This document shows positions 39,670-45,363 of a DNA stretch of 45,363 nt, in pieces. The translations under genes were made by a program, and so were the position numbers. How positions within the stretch are numbered: position 1 is the first letter of the stretch; each line of letters opens with the position of its first letter. Under the pieces are notes generated by a model that saw only the letters and a list, made by a program, of their open reading frames with translations, was not told where the DNA came from and made no database searches. The stretch covers positions 21,339-66,701 of the forward strand of contig MU271429.1 in assembly GCA_021432655.1 (NCBI GenBank), given 5' to 3'. The DNA comes from Atractiella rhizophila. Lineage: Eukaryota.

Positions 39670-39980
39670 TTTGATCCAGCGATCCAGCGAATCCATCTTA
39701 AATTACCATTTTGATCCAGCGAATCCACAGAAGCGACGGTTTGATCGAGAGTGTCCACTTACACAACACAATAATGGCCCTTTCATCCATCACCTGTTTC
39801 ATCCAGCGTACCCACACAGGATCATGGCTTGATCCAGCGTATTTGTGAAAACCCACCGTTTGATCCAGCGTTCAGAAATGCCGGTTCGATCCAGCGGTTG
39901 AATGGCGGTTTGATCCAGCGTATCTGTTATGAATTCCCGTTTGATCCAGCGTCCCGCCCCGAATGGCAGTCTGATCCATC
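39670..39980. repeat. Array 2 of the TTTGATCCAGCG core with variable spacers
   Basis: About 10 exact or degenerate cores in the same orientation as array 1. The unit at 39829-39858 nearly equals the array-1 unit. Confidence 0.85.
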
Positions 39981-39994
39981 TTGTCCTTGTGCAG

Positions 39995-41197
39995 CATCTC
40001 TCGGACGTCCTATTGAACGCGACGAACGAGCTGGACATCACCAAGATTCAATAAAACCTCAAAGTGAAAGAAGACTCAGAAGGACCTCCCACACCACGGG
40101 AAACAACAGGGCTATGGGTGCGTCAATCTTCATGTGTGGACAATGCTGAGCGAATCGCTAACAACGCTGCTTCCTTCCCCAGTACGTAACTTATTCCAGT
40201 CGGGCAAACGTTACTGACAGACTGTTGCTCTCAGGACTATACAACGAGAACCATTCTGAGCGATGATGTATCGAGTGCTGCAGCGCTGGCAGTTATGACT
40301 GGTCAAGGTTGTGAGAATTGTAAGGTCTCGACAAGTTGTAGGTGGAGGAAGGATGAGGCTGGGAAAAGAATTTGCAATGCTTGTGGCATGTCAACGTTCG
40401 TCATTCAGCAAAGCTTATGAAGACTTCTAGGACTTTATTACATGGTCAACTTCATCAACCTCTTTCAGATCGTGGTTGATGCATTGAAACAGCGCAATGG
40501 CAAACACCGCATTATGCAAGCTACCAACAAACGCCACCATAGACGGGAAATAGTCAGGACTCCTACTCCACAATCTGAAGCAGCGAATGTGTGTTCAATT
40601 CGTACTAAAGCAGGCAAGGTGACATACTGTGTCTTAGCCCCAACTGTACCCACATCCCCATTTCTCTTCCGCAGCTGTGAGAGATCACCGAGGATTCGAA
40701 AACTCACACAGAGTGCGTCCATCGCTTCTGCGATGACACGGGAGGAAACGCTATCATGTTTAGAACCAACCGTCACATTATGTGTTCCCACAACCACACG
40801 ATGCGCACCAACAAATCTCCTCTGCAGCGATTTATAATCACCATCGGGTCCAAGAACGGAGGGGAGGGCTTAAGATCCCCAGTGGCCGCGACCTTGGCCA
40901 ACAAATGGTGCGTGTTTGTTTGAGCTAAGATCGGTATTAAGAACACCTTCAGCTCAGTGGTTGTATGGCCGATGCTCGTGACTTACTGCACAAAGGTATT
41001 TCTCTAACTATCAGTGGTTGCATTCGCATTCATTTTCCGTAGAGTTGAACACCATCAAGGAAGAGAACAATGGCTTGTGGGAAATGATATCATGGTTGGA
41101 AGGGCAGAAAGAACTGGATCTCATGAAAGCAGAGAACAGATGGTTGCGAGAAAGGATATCAACACTAAAAAGGAGATGGTGGGTCAAGATCTCGTGA
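39995..41197 (+). pseudogene. Decayed GATA zinc-finger plus coiled-coil gene
   Basis: CENCKVSTSCRWRKDEAGKRICNAC (CX2CX17CX2C) at 40310-40384 is spliced through a GC-AG intron (40386-40430) to GLYYM and then RNGKHR. The last exon (41043-41197) has heptads IKEENNGLWEMISWLE and MKAENRWLRERISTLK. In-frame TAA at 40052 and a further stop at 40835. Confidence 0.7.
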
Positions 41198-41350
41198 ACA
41201 TTCTATTAACCTCATTTGGTCTCACCAGACCTCGCTCTATCCGTGCACAGGTATCGCGACGGTGAACTAGAAACGATCAAGTCGACCAAAACATATCAAA
41301 ACAGAAAATCCACAGAAACCGATCCCCCCAACACCCTCCCGATCACTCCC

Positions 41351-43204
41351 ATGCCCCAAAAAGGCCCAAAGTCCTCACAGGAGGGCGGTAAGGCCCACGC
41401 TGGGCCAGGGATTGGAGGGGGTACAAAGGTAGACTTTGCTTCAACATCTACCCACGCACCCCTCCCCTCCCGACAGCTACCGAACAACGTTAAAGTAGGA
41501 GGAGGAATACTTAAAAACAGCCAGAGGGCTATAGATGAAAGTGACGGAGTAGGAAGAATCATTGGTGCGCACCTTTTTGACAAGTCGGATGGGGAGCCTG
41601 TTTCTTCCACTTCCGTACATCTTCACGGCACACCAAACTTCAGCCGAGTCAAAGACATTTTAGGCATCTCAGAGGAAGTGCAAAGCGATCCGGTTGAACT
41701 TCTCGAATTCACGTACAAACAATTCATAGCCATGAGTTCCATCAATAAACTAACCAGGAACACAAAAGGCGAATTCAAAACTGATCAATCAATTGTTGAT
41801 AACATTGAAACCTTACTGAGAGCCTGCGTCTCACTGCTTAAAAAAGATCCACTTAGCGAAATGTGTCGTATTTCTCGCAATCAGATTATCACAAACAGGT
41901 TTATCGAAACTATCCTTGACAAAATCGAAGGGATTGAACGTAAACTCGCAGACGGAATCCATGTCCAGGAGGACAGCATTCAACCCATATGGGTTCCGAA
42001 TGTAAAGGATTTCCCTCCTCTCAACGCTCTCCCCTCCTCCCTCTCTCTTAGCAATGTTCAACATCCCCGCTCCAAGGCGGCCCTCAAAAAGGCCCGCCAG
42101 AGGAGGAACCGTGCCAGGAAGCTGACACTTTTCCCCCCGGACGGCTCCACAAGCCCTTTAGACAGTAAATCCGACACTGACTTGCTATCCCAAGTCAATG
42201 ATGCCTTTGCCACGAGCATGATATTCAAAGACCAATCACGGGACAACACCCCTGACTCTCAGGAAGTTACATTTGTCTCAGCCTCGGCTGTCGACAGATT
42301 ACCTGGAGGAGGAATAGCCCTGTGGTTTAATGACGATGTCACCTGCTCAAGGGCATCGAAGACTATCAGGGAATGGCTCCGGTCATGCGGTGACTTAAAG
42401 GACTACACCCTCAGTATTCCGGCCGACATTGTGGTGGTTCACAAAGTCGCGACCAATTGGAACATTAGGGATATGGACCAGGTCAAGGCTAAACTCCTTG
42501 ACCGCAACAAATGGACAGAGGATGACATTGTTAAATTAGAATGGGTGTCGAAGAAGATCTTCGTAGATAAGAATGTTGAGCGCCCAGCACTCAAAAGTTT
42601 CTCGTCTCTGCTAATCTTCTTCAAATGTGGCAAAGTAGCGGATGACGCTATTGAACGAGGTGTTTACTTCAATGGCAGACGCTTACAGGCCGAAAAGTCC
42701 ATTAGGGCACTACCGCAATGTTTTAACTGCTTTCAGCTAGGACATTTTGGAAAGAATTGTCACAGGAAAGGTAAACCGGTCTGTGGTGCCTGTGCAGAGG
42801 ACCACAACACAAAACATTGCTCAAAGAACCTTACTTGCTTTATGAAAGAAGGAATTAACCCTTCACTGTGCAGTGAAGACGCACCAGGCGCTCCATGTGA
42901 ACACATCATGGTTAACCTCCGTTGTGCATATTGTGGGGAGAAAGGACACGGAGCGCATGGTGCATATGGGGGTGACAAGTGCACCAAAAAAACTGGTGAC
43001 AGAGCAAGGGCCAGGAGAATAGAGCTAGAATCCGGAGAGTACTTCGAGAGAGATGATGTGGTCGTTGGTACCCAAACGATAGCTCAACACAAAGAAGAGA
43101 GCATCACAGACATTGAAGCAGTAGAGGGAACTGAGGGGCTGACCAATGCCCAACACGAAACGGAATCGTCGCCAGAAAGCAACAGAAACTTTACCCAAGA
43201 ATGA
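41351..43204 (+). CDS. LINE ORF1 (gag-like, 617 aa from the first ATG)
   Basis: PQCFNCFQLGHFGKNC (CX2CX4HX4C), CGACAEDHNTKHC and CAYCGEKGH, preceded by the SSLLIFF...ADDAIERGVYFNG segment typical of LINE ORF1 upstream of the knuckles. Confidence 0.9.
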   Translation: MPQKGPKSSQEGGKAHAGPGIGGGTKVDFASTSTHAPLPSRQLPNNVKVGGGILKNSQRAIDESDGVGRIIGAHLFDKSDGEPVSSTSVHLHGTPNFSRVKDILGISEEVQSDPVELLEFTYKQFIAMSSINKLTRNTKGEFKTDQSIVDNIETLLRACVSLLKKDPLSEMCRISRNQIITNRFIETILDKIEGIERKLADGIHVQEDSIQPIWVPNVKDFPPLNALPSSLSLSNVQHPRSKAALKKARQRRNRARKLTLFPPDGSTSPLDSKSDTDLLSQVNDAFATSMIFKDQSRDNTPDSQEVTFVSASAVDRLPGGGIALWFNDDVTCSRASKTIREWLRSCGDLKDYTLSIPADIVVVHKVATNWNIRDMDQVKAKLLDRNKWTEDDIVKLEWVSKKIFVDKNVERPALKSFSSLLIFFKCGKVADDAIERGVYFNGRRLQAEKSIRALPQCFNCFQLGHFGKNCHRKGKPVCGACAEDHNTKHCSKNLTCFMKEGINPSLCSEDAPGAPCEHIMVNLRCAYCGEKGHGAHGAYGGDKCTKKTGDRARARRIELESGEYFERDDVVVGTQTIAQHKEESITDIEAVEGTEGLTNAQHETESSPESNRNFTQE

Positions 43205-45363
43205 ATTACGTACCCTTCTCATGGTCACGCGAAGCCAGTGTCTCCAGTCTTGATAATCTTTTCGAACCTCCTCCTAACCCCTTTATTCAAATCGGTACTT
43301 TACAATCAAAGAAACATATTTCCATCATCCAGCAGAACCATCATAAAAGAGGAACAATATCACACTCTTTCATGAACTCTGATGACAGACTTGCCGATAT
43401 TATCTTAATTCAAGAACCTCCTACTGTATTACCTGATAGTAGCAAACTTATAATTTATCCTGGCTATAAATGTGTTGCCTCAAAGAAAGTTAAGACATCC
43501 AATACCAGAGCAGAAATTTCCAGATCCATCATTCTCATCAACCGTAACTCCTTCTCCGGTGAATCCTACGTTGAACTATCCAATCCTTACGAGGACATTT
43601 CTGCTGCTGCCTTCTTGCTTCCAGGAGGGGAGCGCCTCCTAGTGATCAATGTTTACAATGCAGGGGGCAAATCCCAAGTAATTCACAATGTTGCCACATT
43701 CATAGAGGAGTTGCGCACAAATGGTCTTCTGAGAATGGAAGACCTGATATATGTTGGAGGTGATTTTAATCTACACCACACTGAGTGGAACCCACCAGGG
43801 TATACGAAAATTGATGGCAACGCAACCATTCTCCTAGAGGTCTTCCAAGAACTAGGACTTACACTCAGATCTCAGGCAGGCATTCCTACCTACATCAGTG
43901 CCCTGGGATACGAGACAACTATCGATCTAATCTTTACAAACGACTTTGCTGACGAGTTCATCTCATACTGTGTGACTGACCAAGGGGGAGACAGCCACAA
44001 CTCTGACCACTACAGGTTACTCACAACTCTATCACTTATCCCTCCAGCGTTCGATCCGCGTCCCCGGTACAACTACCAGTCAGCTGATTGGGAATCGGTA
44101 AGAGACTTCCTTCAACAGTCAGACTTGATTGCAGGCATCCCGGGACACACGGATCGGCTCTCGACGCTGGAGGAGATAGATGCAGCAGTGGAAAACCTCA
44201 CCTTGGCGTTAATGGAAGCTTCAAAGCTGCTCCCAAGGGCTTCGAAGACCCCACCCATCAAAAGGTGGTGGACGGATCAACTTACGAAGAAGAAGAAGAT
44301 AGTTAACAAGCTACGGAACAGATTCCTAAGGCTACGACGGTCAGACAGCAAAGAACCCACCTACGAAGCTCGCATGTTATGGCGTAAGGCTGCTAACCAA
44401 TTCCATACTGATATTAAAACAGCCAAATCCCTCCATTTCGAAGACTTCCTCGCTGACCTGGATCAACACACCATCTGGACAGCGCACAAATATGGTAAGA
44501 GGGAAGAACGGTGTCGAGATATTCCGCCTCTCAAACGACAAGGGAACCCAAATGATGCCCCCAATGGCCCCGTTTCCTCCCCTGCTGACAAGGCTCACCT
44601 ATTCCACTCCACTTTCAACCCTTCTGCTCTCCACTATGACCTCTCTGACCTGCCTTCTATCCACCAACCCCCCCCTCACCAATCCCCACCCCTTAAAATC
44701 GAGGAAATTGACGAAGCTCTAGACAGATTAAAAACGAACTCAGCCCCAGGCATGACGGGTATCTCTAATAAGCTCCTGAAGGAGCTAAGGGGAGAGATCC
44801 GCCACCCACTCTTCATAATCTTCTCAGCTTGTTACCGCATCGGCTATTATCCATCTGCCTGGAAGCGCTTCTCGACCGTTATCCTTAGGAAACCAAAACG
44901 AGCTGACTATGCCCTCCCTTCCTCCTATCGCCCCATCGCTCTTCTCGACTGCATAGGGAAGGTTTTCGACGGCGTTATCGCAGCCAGACTCTCCTTCCAT
45001 GCAGAGAGCAGTGGGGCCCTCCCTGATCATCATTTTGGCGCGAGGCCCTGCCGCTCAACTAATGATGCACTCCTTACCGTTACAGATTTCATAAGGGAGG
45101 GCTGGAGAAGAAAGGAAGTCACAGCTTCGGTATCGCTTGACGTCAAAGGGGCCTTCCCAACCGTCATCCACGACCGACTCATTGACAACCTAAAGAAGAG
45201 AATGGTCCCCACACAAGAGGTGGGAATCATTAACTCATGGCTAAGGGGAAGAAGCACGACCTATAACTTCGATGGATATTCTTCGGAGTTCTTCGTCCTG
45301 CATGTAGGACTGGCACAAGGCTCCCCCCTTTCTCCGATTCTCTACCTCTTCTACAATGCTGAC
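43201..45363 (+). CDS. LINE ORF2 (APE endonuclease plus reverse transcriptase), partial
   Basis: 721 codons with no stop to the window end, so it is missing from the ORF track. APE motifs: IIQQN, DIILIQEP, INVYN, GGDFNLHH, TIDL, SDH. RT motifs: SAPG, YRPIALL, HFGARP, LDVKGAF, GLAQGSPLSPILY. Confidence 0.95.
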   Translation, partial: MNYVPFSWSREASVSSLDNLFEPPPNPFIQIGTLQSKKHISIIQQNHHKRGTISHSFMNSDDRLADIILIQEPPTVLPDSSKLIIYPGYKCVASKKVKTSNTRAEISRSIILINRNSFSGESYVELSNPYEDISAAAFLLPGGERLLVINVYNAGGKSQVIHNVATFIEELRTNGLLRMEDLIYVGGDFNLHHTEWNPPGYTKIDGNATILLEVFQELGLTLRSQAGIPTYISALGYETTIDLIFTNDFADEFISYCVTDQGGDSHNSDHYRLLTTLSLIPPAFDPRPRYNYQSADWESVRDFLQQSDLIAGIPGHTDRLSTLEEIDAAVENLTLALMEASKLLPRASKTPPIKRWWTDQLTKKKKIVNKLRNRFLRLRRSDSKEPTYEARMLWRKAANQFHTDIKTAKSLHFEDFLADLDQHTIWTAHKYGKREERCRDIPPLKRQGNPNDAPNGPVSSPADKAHLFHSTFNPSALHYDLSDLPSIHQPPPHQSPPLKIEEIDEALDRLKTNSAPGMTGISNKLLKELRGEIRHPLFIIFSACYRIGYYPSAWKRFSTVILRKPKRADYALPSSYRPIALLDCIGKVFDGVIAARLSFHAESSGALPDHHFGARPCRSTNDALLTVTDFIREGWRRKEVTASVSLDVKGAFPTVIHDRLIDNLKKRMVPTQEVGIINSWLRGRSTTYNFDGYSSEFFVLHVGLAQGSPLSPILYLFYNAD

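Larger units (their letters stand above)
41198..45363 (+). mobile_element. Non-LTR retrotransposon (LINE, Tad1-like), 3' part beyond the window
   Basis: Intronless gag-like ORF1 with Zn knuckles, then an APE+RT ORF2. The 5' boundary is approximate. Confidence 0.93.

Noticed and set aside
39670..39980. CRISPR-like repeat-spacer appearance
   Set aside because: The core is only 12 bp, spacers are short and irregular, there are no cas genes, and the context is eukaryotic.

Overview
Eukaryotic, intron-rich fungal DNA, probably basidiomycete, judged from ~45-80 nt GT-AG introns with CTRAY-type branch points. The ORF track fragments most genes, so I rebuilt the models by hand. Conserved genes: alanyl-tRNA synthetase ALA1 (+, 12 exons, probable mitochondrial presequence, one oversized intron), a GH13_5-type alpha-amylase (-, 14 exons, with an in-frame TAA), the E3 ligase BRE1 (-) and a Ser/Gly/Thr-rich single-pass membrane protein (+). 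Accessory content: a tandem pair of internal-F-box proteins, and four copies plus one decayed relic of a 5-exon gene with a possible degenerate restriction-endonuclease-like N-terminus and an atypical kinase-like C-terminus. The four copies are arranged ++/-- around BRE1 and the membrane-protein gene and show mosaic, gene-conversion-like identity. Also present: a 553-bp tandem duplication with a suspicious junction, two arrays of a TTTGATCCAGCG core, a decayed GATA-finger/coiled-coil gene, and a Tad1-like LINE with intact ORFs that runs off the right edge. The kinase-like cluster is the best candidate for an undescribed system. All domain calls come from motif reading only; no searches were run.
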